NCBI GenBank assembly: GCA_964022095.1
Contig: CAXHZO010000003.1
Location: 32,001-96,000, forward strand
Origin: an uncultured Arcobacteraceae bacterium
Lineage (GTDB): Bacteria > Campylobacterota > Campylobacteria > Campylobacterales > Arcobacteraceae
Reading direction: 5' to 3'
Length of the DNA: 64,000 bases
Each line of letters begins with the position of its first letter. Position 1 is the first letter of the stretch. Below, piece by piece: positions 43,088-53,839 of the stretch. The position numbers were made by a program, and so were the translations under genes. The notes under the pieces are model-generated. The model was not told the origin of the DNA. It did no database searches and saw only the letters and a program-made list of their open reading frames with translations.

Positions 43088-45269
43088 TTTTACAAGCTAC
43101 TCTTTTTACATTATTTAAATTTCCAAATATTCTTAAAGCATTCACTTCAATATTTTTAGCTTTCTCATTTAGCTTTTCATTACTGTCTTTTTTTGCATTT
43201 AAATCTACTAAACTTTGAAGATCTTCATGGAATGTTTTTTGTAAACTAGATATGTCATTCATTAATGCTGAATCTATTTTTTTACCTGAGTTTGAATGCT
43301 CTACAATCCAATTATTTAATGAAGTATTTTGTTCCACTCTAAAATCTTGATAGGTACCTAATTTAGAATAAACTTTATCTTTTGTATTTAATAAATCAAC
43401 TTTTAATTGTGCAGTATCATATACTAAGTCAACATCATCGACTTTATCAAGGGCATATTCTATAAATGATGCTCTTGATGCTGCTGTTACAAGTGAATTT
43501 GACATTGTCGCAATATTTGTTGCCATATTTGAAATTTGTTCTGATACTTGTGCATTTTTCTGTGTTGCATGATCTAATGTATTAACTGCATCATTAATTT
43601 GAACAATTCCATTTTCTTGCTCTTTAGATGCTGTTGCTACATGATTAATGATTTCAATTGTATCAGATATATTTGTATTTAGCTCTTCATACCCTTTTAT
43701 CATTTCATCAGAAATTGATTTACCTTCGTTAGCTTTTGAATTAGCATCTTCAACTAAATCTTTAATCTCTTTTGCAGCTTCTGCACTTCTACTAGCTAAG
43801 TTTCTAACTTCTTGAGCAACAACTGCAAAGCCTTTTCCAGCTTCACCAGCAGTTGCAGCCTCAACTGCTGCATTAAGTGATAAAATATTTGTTTGGAATG
43901 CAATTTGATCAATAATTTCAATAGCTTCATCAATAGCAGTAACTTTTGAATTAATCTCATCCATAGAAGTTGCAGTTTGGTTTGCTAATGCTTGACCTTT
44001 ATTTGCAGATTTAGTAACACTTTGTGCAAGTTGCGACATTTTTACAGTTGCTTGTGTATTATTTTGAATATTTGATGTTATTTCTTCTAATGTTGCTGCT
44101 GTTTCTTCAAGTGATGCTGCTTGTTGATTTGAAGAAACCGATAGGTTTCGCGATGCTTCTGATAATATTTGAGTATTACTATTTAGGCTATTCCCTGTAT
44201 TCATAATCATTGCTAATATTTCAGATGTATTATTTCCTACAAGTTTTATTCCTGCTGTTAAAGAACCTAAATCCCCATAAATTCCTTCATCATTTATTTT
44301 AAAGTCATACTTAGATTCAGAATAGTATCTTAGTGTTTGATTGATTCTATCAAGTGTCTCTTTCGTACTTTCAATCATTAAGTTAAGTTTATTTTTTAAA
44401 TCTTCAACATGAGGGTTTGATGCAGTTTTAGTTACATTATAAACAAAGAAACCATTTTTTGTTTTTTCTAAAATATCACTTGCTTCTTCAATAACTAATT
44501 CATCTTGACGTAATCCATCTCTAACTTTTTTCATATATGTATTAAATAAAGTTGACACTTCACCAATCTCATCTTGAGATGTTATTTCTAAATTGATATT
44601 TGGGTCATTTGAACTTAAAAGGTTTTCAAAACCTTCTTTTAGTTTTGTTATAGGGTTTGTTGCTCTTTTTACTAAAATAAATATTAGTCCAATAGTAATC
44701 CAACCAAGAATAGTTGAAATAACTAAAATATCAACTACAAGCTCACTAATTTGAGCATCTGATTCATCAAGTGAAAATGTCAAATCCATTACACCAATCA
44801 CATCACCTTCATTTTGATTTGCATGACACATTAAACAATCTTGAGTTGCAATCATAGGTTTTACCATTCTTAAATTATGACCGTCTTCATCATTTGTTTC
44901 TAGTATTGCAGATTTTTTAGTGTCAAATACACTTATTACATCTTTATCTTCAGTAAAGGCAGTACTAGATCCATACAGTTCCATAAGTGGCTTACTTTTT
45001 GCTACTTCAAGCTTTTTTACACCCTTAATTGATTTAGCATCTTCTTCTGCTTTTTTTATTTGTGCAGGATTTCCAGTGTTCATAGCATTTCTCAAACTTT
45101 GGAACATTGCAGTGTTTAGCATCTCTAAGTTTTCTTTCGTTTTTGCAATTGAATCATCACTAACTTTTGAAGTTGTAAAATATACTACTGAGAGACTACT
45201 TATGGTCATTAAAATAAGTAGCGGAACTATTATCTTATTACTTATTTTTCTTGTTATAAAAGTTAACAT
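43083..45269 (-). CDS. Methyl-accepting chemotaxis protein with periplasmic CXXCH sensor domain
   Basis: Two TM, CLMCH between them, [33 protein letters not shown]. Start set behind AAGGTG. Confidence 0.95.
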   Translation of the reverse strand: MLTFITRKISNKIIVPLLILMTISSLSVVYFTTSKVSDDSIAKTKENLEMLNTAMFQSLRNAMNTGNPAQIKKAEEDAKSIKGVKKLEVAKSKPLMELYGSSTAFTEDKDVISVFDTKKSAILETNDEDGHNLRMVKPMIATQDCLMCHANQNEGDVIGVMDLTFSLDESDAQISELVVDILVISTILGWITIGLIFILVKRATNPITKLKEGFENLLSSNDPNINLEITSQDEIGEVSTLFNTYMKKVRDGLRQDELVIEEASDILEKTKNGFFVYNVTKTASNPHVEDLKNKLNLMIESTKETLDRINQTLRYYSESKYDFKINDEGIYGDLGSLTAGIKLVGNNTSEILAMIMNTGNSLNSNTQILSEASRNLSVSSNQQAASLEETAATLEEITSNIQNNTQATVKMSQLAQSVTKSANKGQALANQTATSMDEINSKVTAIDEAIEIIDQIAFQTNILSLNAAVEAATAGEAGKGFAVVAQEVRNLASRSAEAAKEIKDLVEDANSKANEGKSISDEMIKGYEELNTNISDTIEIINHVATASKEQENGIVQINDAVNTLDHATQKNAQVSEQISNMATNIATMSNSLVTAASRASFIEYALDKVDDVDLVYDTAQLKVDLLNTKDKVYSKLGTYQDFRVEQNTSLNNWIVEHSNSGKKIDSALMNDISSLQKTFHEDLQSLVDLNAKKDSNEKLNEKAKNIEVNALRIFGNLNNVKRVACKK

Positions 45270-45384
45270 AAGTGCACCTTTTTTCTTTAAGTACATTTAT
45301 TATATAATTAAAACTATTTATTATTTATAAAAATTAATAACTTTTTCATGAAAAGTTCAAAATTGCATAAAAAGAGAAGAAATA

Positions 45385-45948
45385 ATGATTGTAGGCCTTG
45401 TAGGTAAAATAATAAAAAAAGAACCAACCTTATTAAATGTGAACGTAAATGGAATTATTTATGAGGTTTTTGTTTCTTTAAACTGTAGCTCAAAAATTGT
45501 TACAGACGAAGTAAGTCTTGAAATCACTCACATTATTAGAGAAGATTCTCAAACCCTTTATGGCTTCTTAGATTCAAATGAAAAAAAGCTATTTGATACA
45601 GTAATAAAAATTAATGGTGTAGGCCCAAAAGTTGCCCTTGCCATTTGTTCTACATTTACTCCAAACTCTTTTGCACAAATTGTAAGTGAGAATGATGTTT
45701 CAATGCTAAAAAGAGTTCCAGGGATTGGTCCAAAAGGTGCTAGTAGAATTTTAGTTGAATTATCTGGATTTATTATTGATAGTGTTGAGGGAGATGATGC
45801 CTCATCATCTAATAGTACTTTGGAAGCTTCATTAGCTCTTGAATCTTTAGGGTTCAAAAAAGATGTTGTATCTAAAGCTTTAAAAACATGTATAAGTAAT
45901 AACACAAGTGATTTAGTAAAAGAAGCACTTAAAAAATTACAAAAATAA
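45385..45948 (+). CDS. ruvA: Holliday junction branch migration protein
   Basis: [35 protein letters not shown]. Confidence 0.97.
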   Translation: MIVGLVGKIIKKEPTLLNVNVNGIIYEVFVSLNCSSKIVTDEVSLEITHIIREDSQTLYGFLDSNEKKLFDTVIKINGVGPKVALAICSTFTPNSFAQIVSENDVSMLKRVPGIGPKGASRILVELSGFIIDSVEGDDASSSNSTLEASLALESLGFKKDVVSKALKTCISNNTSDLVKEALKKLQK

Positions 45949-45966
45949 CATTTAAAAAGGAAATTA

Positions 45967-47007
45967 ATGAAAATTGCTATAGTTTTTGGTGGAATAAGTT
46001 TTGAACATGAAATATCAATTGTAAGTTCAATTGCAATGAAAGATATTCTAAAAGATGAACTTGTTTATCTTTTTTTAGACTCTTCAAGAGAAATGTATCA
46101 TATTCCAACAGATCTTATAAAATCTAAACTATTTAGTTCAGGTGATTATAAAAAATTTGAAAAAGTTTATTTACAAAGAGGTGGTTTTTATAAAAAGGGT
46201 GGATTACTATCAAAAGAAAAACCCATAGATTACGATGTTGTTTTATCTTTGATGCATGGAGGTGATGGTGAAGATGGCATTTTCTCATCAGTTTTAGATT
46301 TTTATAGTATTCCTTATATTGCACCAAGAACTGAAGCTTGTGTTGTAAGTTCAAACAAGTTTTTAACAAAAGGTTATGCAAATAGTGTTGAAGTAAATAC
46401 TCTTGATTATAAATATTACACTAAAGGTGAAACTGTAGTTGTAAATGAATTTCCTGTAATTTTAAAACCTGTTAAACTTGGAAGCTCAATAGGTGTTTCA
46501 ATAGTTAAATCACAAGAAGAATTAGAATATGCACTTGATGTTGCATATGAGTTTGATAATGCAATTATTATTGAGCCTTTTATTCCTGGAGTTAAAGAGT
46601 ATAATTTAGCAGGAACAAGAGTAAATGGAGAGTTTAAATTTTCTATTATTGAAGAACCTCAAAAAGCAGAATTCTTAGATTTTGATAAAAAATATTTAGA
46701 CTTTTCTAGAACATCAAAAGCAATGGAAGTTGATTTAGGTGCTGAATTAAATGCAAAAGTAAAAGAGTCATTTAAAAGAATTTATAATAATCTTTTCGAA
46801 GGTTCAATAATTAGATGTGATTTTTTTATTGTAGATAATGAAGTATATTTAAATGAAATAAATTCGATTCCAGGTTCAATGGCTAATTACCTATTTGAAG
46901 ATTTTAGTTCACTATTTACAGATTTAGCAAAACATTTACCTAGAAAAAAACATATTCCAATTACTTATGAATATGTAAATAAAATTCACTCTTCAAAGGG
47001 AAAATAG
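45967..47007 (+). CDS. ddl: D-alanine--D-alanine ligase
   Basis: FGG.S.EHEIS, HGGDGEDG, GSSIG, NEINSIPG. Confidence 0.96.
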   Translation: MKIAIVFGGISFEHEISIVSSIAMKDILKDELVYLFLDSSREMYHIPTDLIKSKLFSSGDYKKFEKVYLQRGGFYKKGGLLSKEKPIDYDVVLSLMHGGDGEDGIFSSVLDFYSIPYIAPRTEACVVSSNKFLTKGYANSVEVNTLDYKYYTKGETVVVNEFPVILKPVKLGSSIGVSIVKSQEELEYALDVAYEFDNAIIIEPFIPGVKEYNLAGTRVNGEFKFSIIEEPQKAEFLDFDKKYLDFSRTSKAMEVDLGAELNAKVKESFKRIYNNLFEGSIIRCDFFIVDNEVYLNEINSIPGSMANYLFEDFSSLFTDLAKHLPRKKHIPITYEYVNKIHSSKGK

Positions 47008-47009
47008 GC

Positions 47010-47729
47010 TTGGCATCAAAAAGTTTAACAGTATATAACAAAAGTTTTGAAATCTCTTATGATTTAGTTAATCCAGCAGGAACTAAAGATATTGTTTTTT
47101 TGCATGGTTGGGGTTCAAATAAAGAGATTATGAAAAATAGTTTTGGCTCACATTTAAAAGAGTTTAGACATATTTATATAGATATGCCTGGATTTGGAAA
47201 ATCGACAAATGATTATGAACTAACTACAAATGATTATGTGAAAATTGTTGATGAGTTTTTAAAACTATTAAATAGCTCAAAGGATATAATAGCAGGGCAC
47301 TCTTATGGTGGAAAAGTTTCAACACTTTTAAATCCTAAAAATCTAGTATTATTAAGTAGTGCGGGAATTTTAGAAGAGAAACCTTTTGATGTAAAATTAA
47401 AAATTACACTTGCAAAATTTTTTAATAAATTAGGACTAAAGTCTATTACAAAAGCTTTTAGAAGTAGTGATGTAAATACTATGAGTGAACAAATGTATGC
47501 TACTTTTAAAAATGTAGTAAATGAAGACTTTACTACTCATTTTTCAAACTTTAAAAACAATGCATTAATATTTTGGGGTGAAAAAGATGTAGCCACTTCG
47601 TTAGAATCTGGTAAAAAGATAGCCTCTTTAATAGAAAAGTCAACTTTTATATCTTATGATGGTGACCATTATTTCTTTGCACGAAATGCAAAAGATATCG
47701 CAGAAAGAATTGAGAATGGAATACTTTAA
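47010..47729 (+). CDS. Alpha/beta hydrolase
   Basis: LHGWG, DMPGFG, GHSYGG, GDH. TTG start. Confidence 0.92.
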   Translation: MASKSLTVYNKSFEISYDLVNPAGTKDIVFLHGWGSNKEIMKNSFGSHLKEFRHIYIDMPGFGKSTNDYELTTNDYVKIVDEFLKLLNSSKDIIAGHSYGGKVSTLLNPKNLVLLSSAGILEEKPFDVKLKITLAKFFNKLGLKSITKAFRSSDVNTMSEQMYATFKNVVNEDFTTHFSNFKNNALIFWGEKDVATSLESGKKIASLIEKSTFISYDGDHYFFARNAKDIAERIENGIL

Positions 47730-49152
47730 TATATTTACACATATTGTACTAATTATGGCTTTAGGTTGGTACTTAATTACAAACTTACAATGGTATAACT
47801 ACAAACTGGAAAGAGTTATATTTAAACATCACAAATGGCAATGGCATATTACATATTTCGCAGCACCAATAGTACTGTTTTATTTAATACCTAGTCCTTA
47901 TTATGCAATATATTTTTATTTAATATATATGACAAGTTTTGTTTTATGGAATAAAAAACTTGATAGGCCAGTAGTTCTAACTTCAAGAGTAAAAAGATTT
48001 TTAACAATCTTATTATTTACTACTTTTGGTATGACAGCACTTTGTTTAGCAAGCCCACAATGTACTAATATGTTTATTTTTACACCTTTAATCCTTGCAT
48101 ATATTGCTTCAACGGTATTAGAAAAAATATTTTTCTTATCTTTTAAGCATAAAGGTAAACAAAGAGTTCAAAGTATTGTTGGTTTAAAAACTGTTGCAAT
48201 TACTGCTTCATATGGTAAAACTTCTATTAAAAACTACTTATATCATGTTTTAAAAAACAAATACAAAACATATAAAACTCCAAGAAGTGTAAATACAATT
48301 GGTGGTATTGTTTTAGATGTAAATAGAGATATACCTTTAGATACACAAGTATATATTGCAGAAGCAGGAGCAAGAGTAAAAGGAGATATTGAAGAGATTT
48401 CAATGTTTTTAGAACCTCAAATTTGTGTATTAGGAAGTGTTGGTGAACAACATATTGAATATTTTAAAACTTTAGATAATATTATTCATACAAAAATGGA
48501 AATTTTAAAATCTCCAAAAATGGAAATGGGATTTGTTCATGAAAGTGTTCCTATAAAAGAGTATGACACAATAACAAAGTTTCCAAACAATCTTCATATT
48601 ACTAAAAGTACATTAGATGGTATTTGGTTTGATGTAGAAATAAATGGCCAATTAGAACATTTTTATGCTCCAATTTTAGGAAGCTTCAATGCCATTAATC
48701 TAACAGCAGTAATTTTAGTGTCTCACTACTTAGGAATGAGTATTGATGAAATTAAAATTGCTTTTAAAACTTTACCTCAAGTAGAGCATAGACTTCAAAA
48801 AATTGAAGCTGGTGGAAAAATCATTGTTGATGATAGTTTTAACGGAAATCTAGAAGGTATGTTAGAAGCTGTAAATATTTGTAGTACTTATGAGGGAAGA
48901 AAGGTAATAATTACTCCAGGACTTGTAGAATCAACAGATGAAGCAAATATTTTATTAGCAGAAGCTATTAATGAAAAGTTCGATTATGTAATTTTAACTG
49001 GAAGTTTAAATACACATATATTAAGTTCAAATATAGATAGTGAAAAAGTATTTATTTTAAAAGACAAATCTTTATTAGAACAAACCTTAGCTCAAAAAAC
49101 TAAAGCAGGTGATTTGATTTTATTTGCTAATGATGCACCAAACTTTATTTAA
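47716..49152 (+). CDS. murF: Mur ligase with N-terminal membrane segment (MurF-like)
   Basis: ITASYGKTS, HRLQ, DDSFNGN, NDAP; conserved position after ddl. Start set at MEYF. Confidence 0.85.
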   Translation: MEYFNIFTHIVLIMALGWYLITNLQWYNYKLERVIFKHHKWQWHITYFAAPIVLFYLIPSPYYAIYFYLIYMTSFVLWNKKLDRPVVLTSRVKRFLTILLFTTFGMTALCLASPQCTNMFIFTPLILAYIASTVLEKIFFLSFKHKGKQRVQSIVGLKTVAITASYGKTSIKNYLYHVLKNKYKTYKTPRSVNTIGGIVLDVNRDIPLDTQVYIAEAGARVKGDIEEISMFLEPQICVLGSVGEQHIEYFKTLDNIIHTKMEILKSPKMEMGFVHESVPIKEYDTITKFPNNLHITKSTLDGIWFDVEINGQLEHFYAPILGSFNAINLTAVILVSHYLGMSIDEIKIAFKTLPQVEHRLQKIEAGGKIIVDDSFNGNLEGMLEAVNICSTYEGRKVIITPGLVESTDEANILLAEAINEKFDYVILTGSLNTHILSSNIDSEKVFILKDKSLLEQTLAQKTKAGDLILFANDAPNFI

Positions 49153-49167
49153 GTAAAAGGAACATAA

Positions 49168-49656
49168 ATGGAACATTTATATGCACCTTGGAGATTTGAA
49201 TATGTTAGTGAAGAAAAAATAGAAGGTTGTGTATTTTGTCATATAGGAAAAAATATTGATGACGAAAAGTTACAAGTAGTTTTCAAGGACGAACTTTGTT
49301 ATGTGGTTATGAATAAATTTCCTTATAGTCCTGGACATATGATGGTAATTCCATGTTATCATACAGATAAAATTGAAGAACTTGATGATAAAGTATGGCA
49401 AGCTATGAGTTTGCGTGTTAAGCAAGGAGTAAAACTATTAAAAGAAGTTATGCCTTGTGAAGGTGTCAATATTGGTATGAACTTAGGAAAAGCTGCTGGT
49501 GCTGGAATTGAACAGCATGTACATTATCATTTATTACCAAGATGGATTGGTGATACAAACTTCATTTCAACTATTGGTGGAGCTAGAGTTTACCCAGCCA
49601 ACTTCAATGAAATATTTGAAAAACTTAAAAATAAAGCAAGTAAGTATTTTACTTAG
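49168..49656 (+). CDS. HIT family hydrolase
   Basis: LYAPWR, CVFC, PYSPGH, HVHYH. Confidence 0.95.
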   Translation: MEHLYAPWRFEYVSEEKIEGCVFCHIGKNIDDEKLQVVFKDELCYVVMNKFPYSPGHMMVIPCYHTDKIEELDDKVWQAMSLRVKQGVKLLKEVMPCEGVNIGMNLGKAAGAGIEQHVHYHLLPRWIGDTNFISTIGGARVYPANFNEIFEKLKNKASKYFT

Positions 49657-49844
49657 TGTTCATATTAAATAATTATTTATAACAAATAAATACTACTACT
49701 CCCATAAATACTATAGCTATCAAACATAATAATATTATTTGTCTTAATCTTGTAAAATATACATTTTTATAAGTAAATAACTGTTTAATTAACTTTAAAT
49801 ATTTCTTTTTATATAGTATTTAATCTGCATATTTAGGGTATTTA

Positions 49845-50930
49845 TTGAAAGAAAAACTAGTAAGATTTTATAAAAGTAATTTTATATATAAAAATAAACA
49901 AGAATTATCTATTAAATCATTTATAATTCTTACTATACTTAATTTACTAGTATTCTTTTTAGTATTAAAAGGAATAGATAGTCAAATAAATAATTTGAAT
50001 AAACCAAATGAAAGATTTTCAAATCTATGTAGAGAGGTATTTAATAGTAAAAGTCTAACTGATATTAACAATAATTTTTATGAAAATAGATTAATGTTTA
50101 TAAAATTCAAAAATATTGATAATAGGTGTAAAGTTCTAATAGGAGAAAAGTTAAAAAATTTTATCTATGAAAACAATATAGATAATTCAAAAATAAAGAT
50201 CTCAAAACTTCAAAACGATTATAATATTATAAAAGATCAAATATCTAAAATTAAATTTACATATAATAATTTGATTAAGAAAAGGTATTATACTGATAAT
50301 GTAGGTAAATATATTTTTTTAGGAGAAGAGAATTTAAAGGATATAAAAGATCAATATGATTCACTACTTATAAAGTCTTCTAATTTACAAAAAAGTCTAA
50401 ATGATGAAACTGATAAAATTTTTTCTACTACTTCATTTAAAAAATTAAATAAATACATTTTAGAAAATAAGAAATCTATTAATTATGACTATAGTGGAAA
50501 TCTTATTGTATTTAAACTAAAGAAAATTATTGTTGCATTTTTATTTTTACTGCCACTTATTTATCTATTTTTTAGATTAATGATATATTTCAAAAAAAGA
50601 AGTTACATAAATTTTTTAGTGTTTAAAAGTTTGTTGCAAATAATATTAATTCCTATTCTAATTGCTGTACTATTTAAGTTCATATATTTTTTATATTCAA
50701 AAATTTCTTTTGATGTTTTTAAAAATATAATATATTCAAGTGAAAATTGGTTTATTGATTACTATTTAGTTATTTCTATCTTAATTGTAGTATTTACTTT
50801 TGTAATCTCAAAAATACAAGCTAAGCATGAGAGAAAAATAAAAAGATATGAAAAAGTTTCATCAAAAAACTATTATGGAGAAGTTTTTAAAACTAACAAA
50901 AAAATAAACCTAAATCAATGTGAGAATTAG
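49845..50930 (+). CDS. Hypothetical membrane protein (TM, coiled periplasmic domain, 3 TM), very AT-rich, possibly C-terminally truncated
   Basis: 361-codon ORF, TTG start behind AGGG, clear hydrophobic segments; ends ..NQCEN then TAG TAA. Confidence 0.6.
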   Translation: MKEKLVRFYKSNFIYKNKQELSIKSFIILTILNLLVFFLVLKGIDSQINNLNKPNERFSNLCREVFNSKSLTDINNNFYENRLMFIKFKNIDNRCKVLIGEKLKNFIYENNIDNSKIKISKLQNDYNIIKDQISKIKFTYNNLIKKRYYTDNVGKYIFLGEENLKDIKDQYDSLLIKSSNLQKSLNDETDKIFSTTSFKKLNKYILENKKSINYDYSGNLIVFKLKKIIVAFLFLLPLIYLFFRLMIYFKKRSYINFLVFKSLLQIILIPILIAVLFKFIYFLYSKISFDVFKNIIYSSENWFIDYYLVISILIVVFTFVISKIQAKHERKIKRYEKVSSKNYYGEVFKTNKKINLNQCEN

Positions 50931-51045
50931 TAACTAGATTATTGAAATAAAAATCTAGTTCATTAAATACACTATGATATAACTACAAATTAACAAAAAA
51001 ATAGTATATTATAATAACTTATTGACTTAATATTAGGAGTCTTGA

Positions 51046-52296
51046 ATGAAAAGAGATATTATAATAATTGGCGCAGGTATTATGGGTTTAACTGCTGCTT
51101 ATGAACTATTAAAAGCTGGAAAAAAAGTAACTATTATTGATGAAGGTGATATTACAAATTGTACTTCATTTGGTAATGCAGGCTTATTATCAGCTTTTGA
51201 TAAAGGACCTTTGGCAAACCCTGGAATTGTAACAGATACAATGAAACTTATGTTAAAAGGTGAATCCCCTGTTAATATACATCCTTCATTAGATACAAAA
51301 TTATTAAAATGGGTTTGGAAGTTTGTTAATAGTGCTAATGAAGAAAGATTAAAAAGAACTACAGCTTTATTTGAAAAATATGGTCATATTACAAATGAAA
51401 AATATAAACAAATGGAAAGAGAAGATGGATTAGATTTTGACTTTCATCATGATGGCATGTTATCAGTTTTTACACAGCAAGAATCATACGATAAAAAATT
51501 AAAAAAATATAATCTTACAGATGAAGATAGATTTAAAGTAATAGATAAAAACAAAATACACGATTATATCCCTTGTGCAAATGATGAAGTAAAAGGTGCA
51601 ATATTATTTAAAAAAAATGCACATTTAGATCCTAAAAGAGTAATGTTAGAGCTAAAGAGATATTTAGAAGAAAATGGTGCAGAGTTTATTTTAAATGAAA
51701 AAATTACAGATATAAAATATGATAAAGATGAAATAAAATCTATTAGTTCTAAATCAAATACCTATGAAGCACAAACATATATAATGACAACAGGTTATCA
51801 AACACTACTTGCTAATAAAGTAGGAACTGATTTAATGATGACTCCTGCAAAGGGTTATAGTATTACTTTTAATATGCCAAAGGAATTACAGCCTATTACT
51901 TCTACTTTATTTGCTGATTTATTTATTGTTTTCACTCCAAGAAGAGATGATGTAAGACTAACTTCTAAATTAGAATTAGGTTCAAGTGATCCAAAAGTAG
52001 TAAAAAAACAAATTGACAGTATAAAAGAGAACTTCAAAAAATACACTATACCTTTTGAAATGGATAATATTATTGAATGGTCAGGATTTAGACCATTAAC
52101 ACCAAATGATATGCCTTTGATTGGTAGAGATGAAAAATACAAAAACTTAATTTATGGTATGGGTTTAGGTTGGCTTGGAATGACATTTGCTCCAAGTTTA
52201 GCTGAGATATTAAAAGATATGATTATGAATGATTTAGATAATGTACAAAGTGATGACGTATTATTATTCTCAGGTTTTTACCAAGGAAAATATTAA
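51046..52296 (+). CDS. FAD-dependent D-amino acid dehydrogenase (DadA-like)
   Basis: IIGAGIMG, TSFGNAG, PAKGYS, WSGFRPLTP, GWLGMT. Confidence 0.88.
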   Translation: MKRDIIIIGAGIMGLTAAYELLKAGKKVTIIDEGDITNCTSFGNAGLLSAFDKGPLANPGIVTDTMKLMLKGESPVNIHPSLDTKLLKWVWKFVNSANEERLKRTTALFEKYGHITNEKYKQMEREDGLDFDFHHDGMLSVFTQQESYDKKLKKYNLTDEDRFKVIDKNKIHDYIPCANDEVKGAILFKKNAHLDPKRVMLELKRYLEENGAEFILNEKITDIKYDKDEIKSISSKSNTYEAQTYIMTTGYQTLLANKVGTDLMMTPAKGYSITFNMPKELQPITSTLFADLFIVFTPRRDDVRLTSKLELGSSDPKVVKKQIDSIKENFKKYTIPFEMDNIIEWSGFRPLTPNDMPLIGRDEKYKNLIYGMGLGWLGMTFAPSLAEILKDMIMNDLDNVQSDDVLLFSGFYQGKY

Positions 52297-52334
52297 CTTC
52301 AAATGTTATAATTCAATAAAAATCAAGGATAAAA

Positions 52335-52688
52335 ATGATTATAAGAAAAATTGTAAATGAGAAAATGAGTAGAATAGTTGAGCACAATGGAACTATTTAT
52401 CTAGCAGGTATTGTATCAGATGATAAAGAATTAGATATTAAAGTTCAAGCAAAAAGAGCTTTAGAAATTGTAGATGAAAGATTAAAAGAAGCTGGCTCAA
52501 GTAAACATAATATATTAAGAACAGAAATTTTTCTTAAAGATATTTATAGAGATTTTAATGATTTTAATGATATTTGGAAAGAATGGATTCCAAGTGATGA
52601 TAAGCCTGCAAGGTCTTGTGTTCAGGCTAATATGGCTAGTCATAATACTTTAGTAGAACTTGTTATTACTGCTGCAAAAATAGATTAA
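52335..52688 (+). CDS. Rid (RidA/YjgF) family protein, YoaB-like
   Basis: MSRIVEHNGTIYLAG..FNDIWKEW..PARSCV..LVEL; own TGnTATAAT at 52304-52312. Confidence 0.92.
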   Translation: MIIRKIVNEKMSRIVEHNGTIYLAGIVSDDKELDIKVQAKRALEIVDERLKEAGSSKHNILRTEIFLKDIYRDFNDFNDIWKEWIPSDDKPARSCVQANMASHNTLVELVITAAKID

Positions 52689-52689
52689 A

Positions 52690-52723
52690 TTTAAAGATAC
52701 TTATTTTTATAAGTATCTTTAAA
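52690..52723 (+). terminator. Hairpin downstream of the Rid gene
   Basis: TTTAAAGATACTTAT-TTTT-ATAAGTATCTTTAAA perfect 15-bp stem. Confidence 0.75.
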
Positions 52724-52832
52724 AAACAATCACATAACTTTAATAATGCTTAAATATATACCTATATACTAATAGTCATCCTTTATAAAAGGAAATAAAA
52801 TTAGGTTTTTGACTAGCAAAACCCCATAATAC

Positions 52833-52868
52833 TTGACATTTAACTATAATTAAGTTATAATCCGCGTC
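52833..52868 (+). promoter_or_regulatory. S10 operon sigma70 promoter with GC-rich discriminator
   Basis: TTGACA (52833-52838), 17 bp, TATAAT (52856-52861), then CCGCGTC. Confidence 0.88.
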
Positions 52869-52929
52869 CACTAAATGTGGTTAGAGTGCATTTTATGGTA
52901 CATCTAACGAGTTCTTTAAAGGAAAAAAA

Positions 52930-53244
52930 ATGGAAAAAATCAGATTAAAGCTTAAAGCTTATGATCATAGAGTTTTAGACAGAAGTGTTGCTTCAATCGT
53001 TGAAGCTGTTAAAAGAACTGGTGCTGATTTAAGAGGTCCAATCCCTCTACCAACAAAAATCAGAAGATACACAGTTTTAAAAGGTCCTCACGTAAATAAG
53101 GACGCAAGAGAGCAATTTGAAATCAGAATTCATACAAGAATGATTGATATCATTGCTGCAACTCCAGATACTGTAGATTCATTAATGAAACTTGACTTAG
53201 CTCCTGAAGTTGATGTTGAAGTTAGATCTATGGGTCAAGAATAA
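52930..53244 (+). CDS. rpsJ: 30S ribosomal protein S10
   Basis: [23 protein letters not shown]. Confidence 0.99.
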   Translation: MEKIRLKLKAYDHRVLDRSVASIVEAVKRTGADLRGPIPLPTKIRRYTVLKGPHVNKDAREQFEIRIHTRMIDIIAATPDTVDSLMKLDLAPEVDVEVRSMGQE

Positions 53245-53263
53245 GAAGAAAGGGTAATACAAG

Positions 53264-53839
53264 ATGGAATTTATCGTAGAAAAAATCGGTATGAGTAGAA
53301 CAGTTTCTGTTCCTAGTACACCTGTTACACTTTTAAAGGTTCTTGAAGCAAAAGTATGTGAAGTAACTGACGGTGTAGCGCTAGTATCTTATAGCAGTGG
53401 AAAAAAATTCAACAAAGCTATTGAAGGTCAACAAAAGAAATATAACTTATCTAAAGAGTTTAACAGATTTGTAACATTAACTGTAGCAAATGCTGAAGCT
53501 GGAGATTTAGATGTTTCACCATTAACTGAAGGTGCTGTTTTAAAAACAACTTTTAAAACAAAAGGTAGAGGTTTCCAAGGTGGAGTTAAGAGATGGAATT
53601 TTGCAGGTGGTAGAGCATCACATGGACATAGAATGGGTAGAAGAACTGGTTCTATTGGTAATGCTGAGTGGCCAGGTAGAGTTCAACCAGGTAAGAAAAT
53701 GCCAGGTCAATACGGAAATACAAACGTATCTGTAAAAAATGATGTAGTTTCATTTGACGCTGAAACTGGAATCTTAGTTGTTAAAGGTTCAGTATCAGGT
53801 GCAAATGGTTCATTAGGAAAAGTAAAGGTTGCTAAATGA
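53264..53839 (+). CDS. rplC: 50S ribosomal protein L3
   Basis: [21 protein letters not shown]; operon order. Confidence 0.98.
   Translation: MEFIVEKIGMSRTVSVPSTPVTLLKVLEAKVCEVTDGVALVSYSSGKKFNKAIEGQQKKYNLSKEFNRFVTLTVANAEAGDLDVSPLTEGAVLKTTFKTKGRGFQGGVKRWNFAGGRASHGHRMGRRTGSIGNAEWPGRVQPGKKMPGQYGNTNVSVKNDVVSFDAETGILVVKGSVSGANGSLGKVKVAK

Noticed and set aside
45339-45357. Palindrome TTTTCATGAAAA between the divergent MCP and ruvA genes, as a possible SOS-like operator
   Set aside because: Almost all A/T, single copy, and not seen upstream of recO; chance is likely.
49671-49800. Minus-strand hydrophobic reading (..RLRQIILLCLIAIVFMGVVVFICYK*) resembling a small toxin or TM peptide
   Set aside because: No canonical start or RBS ahead of the hydrophobic stretch; AT-rich DNA often yields such peptides. 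At most a gene remnant.
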